Shown here: piece by piece, positions 1-13,169 of the stretch
Numbering within the stretch: the stretch's first letter is position 1
Layout: each line of letters starts with the position of its first letter
Made by a program: the position numbers and the translations under genes
The notes under the pieces: model-generated
What the model saw: only the letters and a program-made list of their open reading frames with translations
The model's database searches: none
Told to the model about the DNA's origin: nothing
DNA from: Octopus vulgaris
Taxonomy: Eukaryota
Reading direction: 5' to 3'
Length of the DNA stretch: 64,000 nucleotides
Assembly: GCA_951406725.2 (NCBI GenBank)
Contig: OX597817.1
Location: forward strand, 13,330,001 to 13,394,000

Positions 1-542
1 CCGATTCGTATTTCTTCCTGTCTCATTCGTATTGTTTTTCTATTCTTTCTCTCTCTTGAAATGTCTTTTTCTCTGTTGTACTTTTTCCGTTTCTATAATG
101 ATGCCTGAAATACCACTTGTTTGGATTGTTCTTGTTTAAATAGTAATGATACGACACTCGTTATGTTAATTACGGCAGGGATTAATTACACCAGTTTAAA
201 GGAAACTCTACAATCAAACCTTATTAAATTCGTCCTCGACAATTTTTGACGTCTCTTGCGGTAAACATCAATTACGCAAGCAATTGTCGTAAACAACTAA
301 CTAAACACTGTAATATAAGGGATTCATATGTCCGTGGCGACAGTTCGTGTTCTATCATCGATTTTATGTTGCACTAAACAAAAGGATATTTCATTCCCAA
401 ATGGCAAACATTATTTTTGGATTAATGACTTCAAATTCACTTATAATAAAAATGATTCAACAATTCTCATTAACCCTTTGTTTGTCCTGTATATCACCTG
501 TGACACACAGGACATGTTTCCCTTGTGTCCATGCTTCGTATA

Positions 543-953
543 TCTCTTTACTCTCTCTTTTACTTGTTTCAGTCATTTGACTGCGGCCATGCTGGAGCAC
601 CGCCTTTAGTCGAACAGATCGACCCCGGGACTTATTCTTTGTAAGCCCAGTACTTATTCTGTCGGGCTCTTTTGCCGAACCGCTAAGTGACGGGGACATA
701 AACACACGAGCATCGGTTGTCAAGCAATGCTAGGGGGACAAACACAGACACACAAACATATACACACACATACATATATATATATACATATATACGACAG
801 GCTTCTTTTAGTTTCCGTCTACCAAATCCACTCACAAGGCATTGGTCGGCCAGGGGCTATAGCAGAAGACACTTGCCCAAGATGCCACGCAGTGGGACTG
901 AACCCGGAACCATGTGGTTGGTAAGCAGGCTACTTACCATACAACCACTCCTG
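543..953 (-). mobile_element. SINE family A (tRNA-like head, internal (TA)/(TG) microsatellite, CR1-type 3' tail)
   Basis: Reverse complement of head GGAGTGGCTGTGTGGTAAG...GGTTCAGTCCC (A/B-box-like) and tail GGCGGTGCTCCAGCATGGCCGCAGTCAAATGACTGAAAC; more than 12 copies in the window. Confidence 0.9.
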
Positions 954-1144
954 CTGATACACTTTATTAAGTTTCTTCAACCACTACAGTAACTTGGGTC
1001 TTATATGAACAAAGTTTTATATTACTCAGAACATATGAAAAAAGGGCCAGCTAAAAATCTGGAAATAACCATTGGCGTTTGGGACAAACTTATGAAAAGA
1101 CTTTGGCTTAGGTAAAGGGTTAAGGAAAGCACTTCGATGAAATA

Positions 1145-1360
1145 ATGATTTCAAATTTTGGCACAAGGCCAGCAATTACGGGGGAGGAGATAAATCGATT
1201 ACAACGATCCCAATGTTCAACTGATTTTTATTTTAGCGATCCCGGAAGAATGAAACGCAGAGTCGACCCCGACGGAATTTGAATTCAGAATGTAAAGACG
1301 GACGAAATGCCGCAAAGCATTTCGTCCGGGGTGCTAATGATTCGGCCAGCTCGCCGCCTT
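1145..1360 (-). mobile_element. SINE family B, monomer with tail 2
   Basis: Head AAGGCGGCGAGCTGGC, core like CTTTCATCCTTTCGGGGTCGATAAA; TSD cttcgatgaaata/cttcgataaaata. Confidence 0.85.
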
Positions 1361-1510
1361 CTTCGATAAAATATTAATAATTAATGTTCTTAATTCTTGT
1401 ATACTTTCATAGTGGAATGGAAAAATTTCGTCTCAGGAGTTTCACTTAGTCAACAATAAAGTTTGTCATTGGAGAACGTGATAATGTTTCGAACATTTTA
1501 TAGATATATA

Positions 1511-1933
1511 GGCGCAGGAGTGGCTGTTTGGTAAGTAGCTTGCTAACCAAACACATGGTTCTGGGTTCAGTCCCACTGCGTGGCATCTTGGGCAAGTGTC
1601 TTCTGCTATAGCCCCGGGCCGACCAATGCCTTGTGAGTGGATTTGGTAGACGGAAACTGAAAGAAGCCTGTCGTATATATGTATATATATATATGTGTGT
1701 GTGTGTGTTTGTGTTTGTGTGTTTGTGTTTGTCCCCCCTAGCATTGCTTGACAACCGATGCTGGTGTGTTTATGTCTCCGTCACTTAGCGGTTCGACAAA
1801 AGAGACCGATAGAATAAGTACTGGCCTTACAAAGAATAAGTCCCGGGGTCGATTTGCTCGACTAAAGGCGGTGCTCCAGCATGGCCGCAGTCAAATGACT
1901 GAAACAAGTAAAAGAGTAAAAGAGAGTAAAGAG
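1511..1933 (+). mobile_element. SINE family A, full length
   Basis: Complete head, internal microsatellite and tail ending (AAAGAGT)n. Confidence 0.9.
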
Positions 1934-2094
1934 TATAAGATGGCGGACAAAGTGAAAGAAACTACATTGAATCAAAGTGAAGGGAAAACAAACGGGCATA
2001 ACTAGGGTTTGTGGCTCCCTTATGGACTATTATTTTCTCATATCTTTCTTCATAATGTTTATTTCCTATTTTTGTTTGTGGTAATTTCGAAGAT

Positions 2095-2370
2095 CATCTC
2101 TTATCTTTCATCCCGGGGCACCGTTTGAAGGGTTTTGGTCGAACAAATCGACCCCAGTATTTATTTTTTAAAGTTTGATACTTATTCTATAGGACTCTTT
2201 TGCTAGCTGCCAAGTTACGAGGACGCAAACAAACTAACACCGCTTGTCAAGCGATGGTGGTTGTGGTGGTGGTGGGTACAAGCACAGACCCAAAGACAAA
2301 CACACAAATGCAACTGAACCCAAAAGCACGTGGTTGTAAAGCGAAGTTTCTTAACCCCACAGCCATGTCT
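2095..2370 (-). mobile_element. SINE family A, old degenerate copy
   Basis: Diverged gtcgaacaaatcgaccccagtact...ttaaccccacagccatgtc with internal deletion. Confidence 0.6.
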
Positions 2371-2482
2371 GTGACTATGTTGATAAAGGATTAATTTTTG
2401 CTTTACTTTCATGAAAGACGTGCATATATTTTAACTACCCAACAACATACTTATTATCATTGCATATCATGAAAAAATACTT

Positions 2483-3450
2483 TCTTATTTCTTTATTGCC
2501 CACAAAGGGATTAAACATAGAGGGGACAAACAAGGACAGGCAAAGGGATTGAGTCGATTACATCGACGCCAGTGCGTAACTGGTACTTAATTTATCGACC
2601 CCAAAAGGATGAAAGGCAAAGTCGACCTCGGCGGAATTTGAACTCAGAACGTAACGACAAATGAAATACTTTCTTATTTCTTTATTGCCCACAAAGGGAT
2701 TAAACATAGAGGGGACAAACAAGGACAGACAGACGGATTAAGTCGATTATATCGACCCCAATGCGTAACTGGTACTTAATTTATCGACCCCAAAAGGATG
2801 AAAGGCAAAGTCGACCTCGGCGGAATTTGAACTCAGAACGTAGAGCCAGACGAAATACCTATTTCTTTACTACCCACAAGGGGCTAAACACAAAGGGGAC
2901 AAACAAGGACAAACAAACGGATTAAGTCGATTAAATCGACCCCAGTGCGTAACTGGTACTTAATTTATCGACCCCGAAAGGATGAAAGTCAAAGTCGACC
3001 TCGGCGGAATTTCAACTCAGAACGTAACGGTAGACGAAATACCTATTTCTTTATTACTCACAAGGGGCTAAACACAGAGGGGACAAACAAGGGCAGACAT
3101 AGGTATTAAGTCGATTACATCGACCCCAGTGCGTAACTGGTACTTAATTTATTGACCCCGAAAGGATGAAAGTCAAAGTGAACCTCGGTGGAATTTGAAC
3201 TCAGAACGTAACGGCAAACGAAATACCTGTTTCTTTACTACCCACAAGGGGCTAAACACAAAGGGGACAAACAAACGGATTAAGTCGATTACATCGACCC
3301 CAGTGCGTAACTGGTACTTAATTTATCGACCCCGAAAGGATGAAAAGCAAAGTCGACCTCAGCGGAATTTGAACTCAGAACGTAACGGCAGATGAAATAC
3401 GGCTACGCATTTCGCCCGGCGTGCTAACGTTTCTGCCAGCTCGCCGCCTT
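2483..3450 (-). mobile_element. SINE family B tandem pentamer (one head, five ~185-bp body+tail units)
   Basis: Units start near 2486, 2676, 2860, 3044 and 3228; single head at ~3395-3450; flanking TSD aaaaaatactt. Confidence 0.85.
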
Positions 3451-3489
3451 AAAAAAATACTTAAAATATACTTTCTGCCAAGATCTAGT

Positions 3490-3800
3490 TTGCCTTTCAT
3501 CCTTCCGGAGTCGATAAAATAAAATACCAGTCAAGTACTGGGATTGACTTCGCCCCTCCCTAAAAATTGCTGGCTTTGTACCAAAGGTGGTAAGCTGGTT
3601 GAATCGTTAGTGAGTTGGACAAAATGCTTAGCGACATTTCTTTCGGTTCTTTACGTTCTGGGTCCAAATTCCGCTGAGATTGACTTCACCTTTCATCCTA
3701 TCGGAATCTATAAAATAAGAACCAGTTGAGGACTGGAGTCGATGTGATCGGTTTACCTATTCACTTAAAGTTGCTGGCCTTGTGTCAAAATTTGAAGTTA
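3490..3800 (+). mobile_element. SINE family B degenerate fragments
   Basis: Two diverged ttgcctttcatcc..gataaaataa..accagt cores, each with tail 2. Confidence 0.65.
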
Positions 3801-3931
3801 TTGTTACTGTATACTTTCAGTTTGTATTGCATTGCGCATAATGAAATTCATTCGCTTTCCTATCATTTCTTCTAATTTCACTGAATAATATCAAACAATA
3901 ACGTACTAGATGATACTATGTTGTGTAATAA

Positions 3932-4192
3932 AAATAAAATAAATGCACCCTTTTAAAGCCTAGCCAGGCTCATGAGCCCGGTTTCCCGGTTTCTATGGCG
4001 TATGTGTTCCCCAGCTGGATGGGACGCCAGTCCATCGCAGCGTTACTCATTTTTGCCAGCTGAGTGGACTGCAGCAACGTGAAATGAAGTGTTTTGCTCA
4101 AGAACACAACGCGTCGACCGGTCCAGGAAACGAAACCACAATCTTATGATTATGATGCTGACACCCTAACCACTAAGCCACGCACCTTCCAC
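3932..4192 (-). mobile_element. SINE family D (CORE/V-SINE-like central domain)
   Basis: On minus: GGCTTAGTGGTTAGGG head, TTGTGTTCTTGAGCAAAACAC, CTGCGATGGACTGGCGTCCCATCCAG; TSD atgttgtgtaataa/atgctgtgtgataa. Confidence 0.8.
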
Positions 4193-4353
4193 ATGCTGTG
4201 TGATAACCAGAAGTAATTTATGGAATGTTTAAACTGTATGAACTTTTCTGAGGAAAAAAAAAACACATTAAAACCAAAAGAATGTAGACATAATTATCAT
4301 ATACGCCTTCGAAAACCTAACACTGCAAAATTTTTATAAAAAAATATGCAGTA

Positions 4354-4524
4354 GGCGTAGGAGTGGCTGCGTGGTAAGTAGCTTGCTTACGAATCACATG
4401 GTTCCGGGTTCAGTCCCACTGCGTGGCACCTTGGGCAAGTGTCTTCTACTATAGCCTCGGGCCGACCAAAGCCTTGTGAGTGGATTTTGTAGACGGAAAC
4501 TGAAAGAAGCCCGTCGTATATATG

Positions 4525-4581
<57 letters not shown>

Positions 4582-4803
4582 ATATGTTTGTGTGTCTGTG
4601 TTTGTCCACCCCAACATCGCTTGACAACCGATGTTGGCGTGTTTAAGTCCCCGTAACTTAGCGGTTCGGAAAAATAGAACTATAGAATAAGTACTAGGCT
4701 TATAAAGAATAAGTCCTTGGGTCGATTTGCCCGACTAAAGGCTGTGCTCCAACATGACCACAGTCAAATGACTGAAACAAGTAAAAAGAGTAAAAAAAAG
4801 AGT
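4354..4803 (+). mobile_element. SINE family A, full length
   Basis: Head, expanded (TA)n and tail. Confidence 0.9.
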
Positions 4804-5129
4804 AATATCATAGGAGCAGATATGACTGTGTAGTTAAGAAGCTTGCTTTGTAACCACGGGGTTTCGGGTTCAGTACTACCGAAACAAATAAAAGATAAAT
4901 GAAGATAATAGATTATGACGAAACTAACGTGTCATGGATTACACAAAGCTGTAGTTAGCTACATTAACAGATAATCTTTAGTAATTATTAACGATTATAC
5001 ATTCATTCATTGGTCGTTAGCAGGCGACAAGGTGACGGTCGTGAACGTTTCGTTTTTATAGTCGACCCACCTTACCCCAAGACGAAATTTTCCTTCTTTG
5101 CGTAAAAATTCAATTTTCTGAGAAATTGA

Positions 5130-5521
5130 TTACTCTTTTACTCTTTTACTTGTTTCAGTCATTTGACTGCGGCCATGCTGGAGCACCGCCTTTTAGTCGA
5201 GCAAATCGACCCCAGGACTTATTCTTTGTAAGCCCAGTACTTATTCTATCGGTCTCTTTTGCCGAACCGCTAAGTGACGGGGACGCAAACACACCAGCAT
5301 CGGTTGTCAAGCAATGCTAGGGGGACAAATACACACACATATATATATATATATACATATATACGACAGGCTTCTTTCAGTTTCCGTCTACCAAATCCAC
5401 TCACAAGGCATTGGTCGGCCCGGGGCTATAGCAGAAGACACTTGCACAAGATGCCACGCAGTGGGACTGAACCCGGAACCTTGTGGTTGGTTAGCAAGCT
5501 ACCTACCACACAGCCACTCCT
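5130..5521 (-). mobile_element. SINE family A
   Basis: Near-identical to the copies at 543 and 1511. Confidence 0.9.
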
Positions 5522-5898
5522 TTGAAATTATCTCCCGTCTTCTCCGAGAGATACTAACAATTGATTGGGTTTTTTTCTCCTACTACGAAGTGAGTTTCCA
5601 TTCATTTATCAATTGCTTACGAAAACCATACAGTACATCCTCACCTAATTGAATTAAATAAACTCATGCTTTTGGCTCATTTGTGTTATCTCTTTTAGTT
5701 AATTTTTCCAAATTTTTAACGAGTCTTAAACTTATCATTTTAAGATAACGAAAAACCTTTTTAATTTTTCAGTTTTTCTCCTGATTTCAGTTCCGAGTAC
5801 CCCGTCGTATGCATTTACAACAAAAAAGTAAAATGGCTATCACATTGTGTTCAATTTACGACAAGGCTTATTACATTATTAAACGCTCCATCCATCCA

Positions 5899-6264
5899 GA
5901 GAGGCGGTTGGATGGAACTTACACTCGCCTCCATATGAGAGCTCAAAATCTCTCGTGGAAGCGTCATCCAACCAAAGTACAAATATATGGGAAACTACCA
6001 CCTGTGTCATCTCTTGTGAAAGGTAGGAGAGTCCAGTTTGCTGGACATTGTTGTAGAGCTGAAAGCGAGGTAATTTCTACTCTTCTCCTCTGGAAGCCAT
6101 CTGCTCTCGATACCAGAGGGCGCACACTCTCCTACCCTGATGTAATCTCCATGGATATAGGCATCCAGCAACAGGACCTCCGTGGTGCTATTATGGACTG
6201 TGAAGTCTGGCGTAGCATGGTAAATTCCATTGTCTCAACCACGGTCGAACAATGATGATGATGA
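5899..6264 (+). mobile_element. RTE-clade LINE, 5'-truncated 3' end
   Basis: Encodes RRLDGTYTRL..AQNLSWKRHPT..IYG.LPPVS....RRVQFAGHCCR; (TGA)n tail; probable TSD attaaacgct/attaagcgct. Confidence 0.85.
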
Positions 6265-7400
6265 TTAAGCGCTAAGTTTGTTCACAAATTCATTATTATA
6301 GCTTGGCTGGTGACACGATAGAAACCATCGACACTTTGATAAGTAATCCACCATTCCTATCGACCTCTTGTGAAATTCAGTATTAATTTCTATCCTAGCA
6401 TTATTTCATTTGAAAGGAACTTAATTTATAGACATCAATAACGGAAATAAAATGAGTTTTGACCAGAAGAAATGTCTTAAGATCTTTCTTTAACAACATT
6501 TAAATGAAATTCATTGTTCTGGGTTCGGTTTCTTAATTTATAACTGGGACGGGTTGATGGTATTAGAATTTTTTTTTTCTTATTTTACTGATAATTTGCT
6601 AATATGCTGCGGGAAAACGTAAACAAGCTATTTGCACTTCAATGATACGAAAAGGAAATATTTCGGTTAGATAATGACTGGCAGATGCTATAAAATAAAT
6701 AAATTGTATCTGTCGACTTAAATAATACAGTATTATCCATAAGTGTTCACTTCCGTTGTGACTTCTACTCAACAGTTGAAGCGAGCATTACTCTTTGCCT
6801 TCGTTATATAACTGTGTTTGTAGTTGGTCCCATACCCGTTTGAGAGAATAAAGGGGTGAGGTAGGTAATCAGCTTGATTCTTGTAAAAAAAAAAAAAAAA
6901 AAAAATAAGAAAGGCACCAAATGCTACCGAAGTAAATAATTTCCTGATGTTCCTGAGAGGACAGAAGGAAATAAATTAAATACAAGTACTTTTTTTATAG
7001 ACTACAGAAGCATAACATTTTAGTTCCATTCAAAAGTTTGCTGATAAGTCACTATTTAAGTACTCTTTGAACCCTCAAAATGTATAGTGACGGCAAACAT
7101 ACGATGCTTAATTCCAACTCCAAAACCTACATTGAAAAATGTACTAAAAGCTAGAGTTATACTACACAGAAAAAACTTGAATGCGTCAAAGCAAACCATT
7201 GATATGTTGAACAGTAAATATTCTGTTTGGGTCTATTATTTTACAAAGGCTAGGGCCAAGTAACCAGATTAAGAAATTCCTCCCTTCTTCCCATCAGTCT
7301 CAGAGGTCTTGAAAAGTCCTCAGATTGATCCAATAAAAAAATTCAGCTTCATATTCTAATTTGGTCCCTGAGTCTTCAAAATTTCTATTAAATAGAAACA

Positions 7401-7812
7401 GCGCAGGAGTGGTTGTGTGGTAAGTAGCTTGTTTACCAACCACATGGTTCCGGGTTCAATCCCACTGCGTGGTGGCACCATGGGCAAGTGTCTTCTACTA
7501 TAGCCTCGGGCCGACCAAAGCCTTGTGAGTGGATTTGGTAGACGGAAACTGAAAGAAGCCCGTCGTATATATGTATATATATGTATATGTGTGTGTGTGC
7601 GTGTATGTTTGTGTTTGTCCCCCTAGCATCGCTTGACAACCGATGCTGGTGTGTTTATGTCCCCGTCACTTAGCGGTTCGGCAAAAGAGACCGATAGAAT
7701 AAGTACTGGGCTTACAAAGAATAAGTCCCGGGGTCGAGTTGCTCGATTAAAGGCGATGCTCCAGCATGGCCGCAGTCAAATGACTGAAACAAGTAAAAGA
7801 GAGTAAAGAGAG
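7401..7812 (+). mobile_element. SINE family A
   Basis: Head, microsatellite and tail. Confidence 0.9.
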
Positions 7813-8232
7813 CTCAAAAGTTACCAAGCAAGTTAGCAGTGATTGATTGAGCAGATCTGTTATCGAAGGCGCTCCAACCATGACCATTTCAGCTTTTTAA
7901 GAGGATAGGATTTGATTTGAAAGTAATTTGAATGATGTATTTTGCATGTCAAGCGATTATATGGAAGCTTCCTCGTAGGCTCGAAACGTTTTTAGTTGGT
8001 ATCATGAGAGAATGATAAATTAATTCACATGTGGATCACATAAAGATGATATCTCACCGAGACACATCTGACAAAGAGACAAATATTTCCAAAAGGTTCA
8101 GCGCTCACGATTATAAATTGGTAGCATGGAAGTTCACAATTTACCCATCTTAAATAGTTTAGGTAATTGTAACTGACGAATTACTACAGTACGCAGTTCA
8201 GTCGAAGATTTTACAACCCATTATATGCAGAG

Positions 8233-8267
<35 letters not shown>

Positions 8268-8849
8268 CAGAGAGGCAGAGACACAGAAAGACAGACAGAC
8301 AGATAGACAGAGGTAGCAGTCTTTCTTAACTGTGAACACTCATGCTAAATACAAATACACCGATTCCGAATGGACTTCTGTTTTTGTTTGTTTTTTTGTG
8401 ACTAGAAACAATTTTTCTAGAAGCTAGGGTTAGATTAAAACATCATGTTCTTTACGCATAAACCGAGATCATGTCACGTTTGCTAAACATTAGTAATCTA
8501 CGGTTACATGACGGCATCACTTTTTACGCAAATTATTATTACTGGCCTATTTTCGAGAAAAGATAAAGACCTCAGAGCTCCTTTGTTATGATGAAACAAA
8601 CCTATACACAATCAGCTGAACGATTAGGTTTGATCTACATTGTTCTAGATAAACCATATCATCATTTGGCAGTTAGTGTTTCTCTGTACACATCACGAGT
8701 GGTATGCGTCTTAGTTCAGTGTAAAGGGAAGGGTGGACTAAAGCGGTTATTAATACTAGTTATTTACGTATGTATATGCTGTTTGTCTGGACTCAGTGGG
8801 AGAGAGAGGGAAAGATTGTATTTTGGGGATGTTTTGAGTGTATTGTACA

Positions 8850-9160
8850 CTCTATTGTCTAGGTGTTTGGCGACAGGGATTGTGAAGGTTGGAGTTTGTT
8901 GTGACAACAAACTGCGACATGTCCGGGTGGTCTTTCACTTTTAAAATTAAGATTCCGTTGTTTAGGTTGTCTATAGGCGTGGTACATGTGCATCCTGTGA
9001 TGATGAAATGCGCTGTATTATGTTCGTGCTTTTGTACTTCATTGTGGTTTATTATGGAGAGTTTAAGGGAGCAGAGTTGGCCTAATCTATATCTATAACG
9101 TATTGCACACATTTTTCTGGCTTCTCTGTTTGTCTAATATAGTATCTATACCTATATCTT
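8850..9160 (-). pseudogene. Possible decayed PLE GIY-YIG C-terminus, interrupted upstream by an RTE insertion
   Basis: Minus frame gives YYIRQT (cf. YIGQT) at ~9128-9145; otherwise heavily degraded. Confidence 0.25.
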
Positions 9161-9164
9161 TAAC

Positions 9165-9656
9165 TGTAATGACATGCATAAGATCTAGTCATCAAATCTA
9201 AGTAGAGACTTCAAACTTGAAATCTTCAAAGCCACAGTTGAACCAATTCTACTATATGGCTCAGAAACCTGGACGTTATCAAAGAAGCTTGAGAGGCGGT
9301 TGGATGGAACCTACACTCGCCTCCTTATGAGAGCTCAAAATCTCTCGTGGAAGCGCCATCCAACCAAAATGCAAATATATGGGAAACTACCACCTGTGTC
9401 ATCTCTTGTGAAAGGTAGGAGAGTCCAGTTTGCTGGATATTGTTGTACAGCTGAAAAAGAGGTAATTTCTACTCTTCTCCTATGGAAGCCATCTACTCGC
9501 AATGCCAGAGGACGCACACTCTCCTACCCTGAAGTAATCTCCAGGGATACAGGCATCCAGCAACAGGACCTCCGTAATGTCATGATGGACCGTGAAGTCT
9601 GGCGTAGCATGGTAAATTCCATTGTCTCGACCACGGTCGAACAATGACGATGATGA
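9165..9656 (+). mobile_element. RTE-clade LINE 3' fragment (same family as 5899)
   Basis: CNDMHKI*SSNLSRDFKLEIFKATVEPILLYGSETWTLSKKLERRLDGTY...; TGA-repeat tail. Confidence 0.9.
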
Positions 9657-10249
9657 CATCCTTTGCTTTGTTTTCTTTAGTATGTTTTTATGTGCTGTGA
9701 ATATTATGGTGGTATTGTATATAACTTTACTTGTGTTATTCTTCTGTAAGATATGTTTGTAGAACAGAAATGTGATGTTGTAACATCAATTAGGATGTGG
9801 GTATCTTTTTCCCAGAGGCACCAGGATCGTAATCCGAGAAACTGACTTCAAACAAGATTGAAATTGTATTACAATCTCAGATATTGAGAGCTTACAACAT
9901 TGCGATGCTCGTCTCATTGAAATGCATTTCTATGTTAGACATGGAGAATCAGAGTTTGTGATGTACAAATGTTCTCAGTCATTAGCTGCGTTAGTGAAAT
10001 AAAATGGCTTCAACTGAGAATTAACTAGAAATATCACCGAATTTTTTGAAAGCGACGGATAATAAAATTAGGGGAAACTAGTTAAAAGACATAGCGGTAT
10101 TTAGTTATACTTCTTTATATTCGGTTTTCAAAACCTAACGTGATCAACTTAGTGCATTATCTCTGTGAAGTCGATAAAATAAGTAACAATAATACATTCA
10201 AACCACTTTCCCGAAGATCGTGGCATTGTCTCAGTATGAGGAACCAATG

Positions 10250-10451
10250 TTGGTCTCAAATTTTGGCACAGGGTCAGCAATTTCGGGCTAAGTCGATTAC
10301 ATCGACCACAGTACTCAACGGGTACTTATTTTACCGACCTCAAAATGGATGAAAGGCAAAGTCGACCTCGGCGGAATTTGAACCCGGATCATACAAAATG
10401 CTCGTAAGCATTTTGCTCGGCGTGCTAACGGTTCTGCCAGCTCACCGCCTT
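10250..10451 (-). mobile_element. SINE family B, tail 2
   Basis: gatgaaaggcaaagtcgacctcggcggaatttgaac core; head ends ccgcctt. Confidence 0.8.
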
Positions 10452-10472
10452 AGAAGAAACTAATATTACTAA

Positions 10473-10870
10473 TCTTTATATATAATGGTCAAGTTGTGTG
10501 TCTGTCTCCTACGATTTAGATTCCTAACTACTCCCACATATTGCGGTGCAATTTAACCAAAACCGGGTATCTTATAGTCGTGATTCATATCGAGCCCTTC
10601 TGGGTATTAGCGCGCGTCTACGATGAGTCTACGATTAAAAAAAAATTACCATCATTTTTTTCCATTTTAATGCATTTTTTCGCTATTATATAAGGGAAGT
10701 AACTCTATAAAAATGTCTACGATGAGTCAACGATTTAAAAAAAAAATTTACCATCATTTTTTTTTCCATTTTTAATGCATTTTTTTGCTATTTTTTGGCT
10801 ATAACTCTCTAAAAATGCTTATGTAGTTATTTCCCTTACAAACCCGAGCAACGCCGGGCGATACTGCTAG
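10473..10870 (+). mobile_element. Non-autonomous Helitron
   Basis: 5' TC, 3' hairpin CCCGAGCAACGCCGGG then CTAG end, inserted between A and T, internal ~100-bp tandem duplication; second copy at 40274. Confidence 0.85.
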
Positions 10871-11188
10871 TATTACATAATGAATTGATTTTATGTCCAG
10901 TATTGCGCTCCATAGCCGTGTCATTTCTGTTCTCATGCAGAGTCATGCAGTGAGAGGCAATCATCTAAAATTAAAGACAGGGTTTCCAAAATTAGGAATT
11001 AATAAGAAAAAAAATAGTTAGCGAATGTCTTTATCCTTTTTCATTGTGGGAAATTAGAATGCTTTTCCCATCGCCCCATTAAATACAAGTTATGAATCAG
11101 ACCCGTTTCAGCTTCGTCTGCTCAGTCTCCATCTCTGCCCCCTCTCTTCCTTTCATTCTTTCTCTTTCCCCTCTTCTCTATCTAGCTA

Positions 11189-11247
<59 letters not shown>

Positions 11248-11789
11248 ACATTCCACGCTTAACACCCACAATTCGAGTTACAGTCTCAAATTTATTTAAA
11301 TCTTTTTCTCACTATCTCAGACTATGTGAATCATTTTTCCGTTGTTGCACCGTAAATAACAGATGGTTTAACAAATAATAAACAGTACCAACATTATCTA
11401 ACGATAATGTGACACATAAAAAATAAAAATAGGATGTACTTCCTTGTATCACTCACAAAAATTCCTGAGAAAGATAAAGAAATATAAAATTGATATGAAT
11501 ATTTGTGCTATGAATATGATAAAAATATATTCAACAACTATTTCTGGGGGTGGTAGAGTGACAAAAAGGAACTAAATAATTGCTTTATAGTATATAATTT
11601 TACCCTTTTACGTGCTAATTTTTGCCCTTCGCTGCCCGCTTCTATGGCTGGTAAAATAAATATCAATTCTACACTGGAAGATTAATCTACACTCTTTCCC
11701 GACTCGTGTGTAATGTAAGATAATTAAAGCATTTCATCATTGCATCATATCACAAATTAAGTTAGCTCCCACTGAAACATATATCGGTT

Positions 11790-13150
11790 ATATTGGTTAT
11801 GAAGAAAACGTCCCTTAATAAAAGAAGAAGAAAAAATGTGTGTGCATCGCATCAAAAAAGAATTCGGGATAGAAGGGCTAAAATCCATCTTGGAGAATAA
11901 CTACTTCGTCTTCAAAGACAACTTCTATCGACAAAAATGGGAGACTGCGATGGTACGAGAATGGCCCCCTCCTTGTCATGGGATATCTGGAAATTAGTCT
12001 TTATCGTAAGGTTCTAGAAAAATACGGCAGCCCATTCTCCCTCTACATAGAAAACAACTGGAAGAGTTATCAGTATGACTGTTTCATTCTTTGGCATGAA
12101 AGTATAAAGAGACTTAAATAATTTCAAAGCACTTATAAATGGACTTGACGTAAACATTCAATTCACGATGGAATATAGCTATTAACAACTTCCCTTCCTC
12201 GACATCCTCATTAAGAAATCTAACAACGTAATAGAAACAGATATATACTATAAGCCCACGGACTCCAAGCAATATCTACCGTTCTACTCATGCCACCCCA
12301 GACACACCAGAATTAATATCCCCTTCAACCTAGCAAAAAGGATATGTACTATAGTTTCTAATGCAAACACCAGAGACACACGACTGCATGAACTAAAGGA
12401 TACACTCATCACCAGCAACAACCTACCTTCACTAATTGACATATGCTTTCAACGTGCCCTGCAACTCAACATCCACGAACTCAGATATCTCAAATTAAAA
12501 AAGGATTTACAACCATACATCTCCACATACAACCCTCTAAACAATGAAGCCTTCGACACCATCCTTCAAAACATTCCCCCGCTAAAAAAGGACCACAGAA
12601 TGAACTTAATCCTCCAAACACACACCATCATAAAAGCAAGAGACAACCCAAATCTATGAAAAGTCTCCTAATACAAGCCCAAATACACTCAACAACAACA
12701 AAGAAGCCGTCGGTAAAAGTATGTGGAAGTCCCAACTGTGGGATATGCGGCAATTTAATTGAGGGATCAGAGTTCTCCCTCAAACAGGGACAACGTTTCA
12801 CAGTGAAAAGCAGCTTCACATGTACTTCGGAAATTCTGATATACGTACTAACCTACTCTGGGTGTCAAGAGCAATACATAGGCCAAACAAAAAACAGTCT
12901 ACGTAAAAGAATGGCTCTGCACAGATCTCAGATCAAAATTCCCCAAAACAGAAAAATAGCATTCAGCCAACACATCGACATTTGCGCCAATAACAAAAAT
13001 CCAAGCTTCAGAATTTTTCCCCTCTACCAATTCAGGGGCGATACAACCTGTAGTCAACGAATTAGTAAAGAGACTCTTTTTATTACAAAATACAGACCCC
13101 TTTTGAACGCATCTACAACAAGCTACATATCCATCACGGCCTTAGAATAA
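11790..13150 (+). pseudogene. Penelope-like element (Neptune-like) RT + GIY-YIG endonuclease, frameshifted
   Basis: ILENNYFVFKDNFYRQK..TAMG.RMAP, LPFLDILI, DIYYKPTDSKQYL...SCHP.HT; C-terminal CGSPNCGIC...FTCTSE.LIY...C...YIGQT. Confidence 0.9.
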
Positions 13151-13169
13151 CACAAACACACGCAAATAT

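Noticed and set aside
717-992. Recurrent ORFs such as RQASFSFRLPNPLTRHWSARGYSRRHLP
   Set aside because: Antisense translations of SINE-A copies; recurrence reflects the repeat
7820-7990. Ancient repeat family fragments (also ~20.8, 21.5-22.0, 31.7 and 35.9 kb)
   Set aside because: Similarity too weak to set boundaries or class by eye
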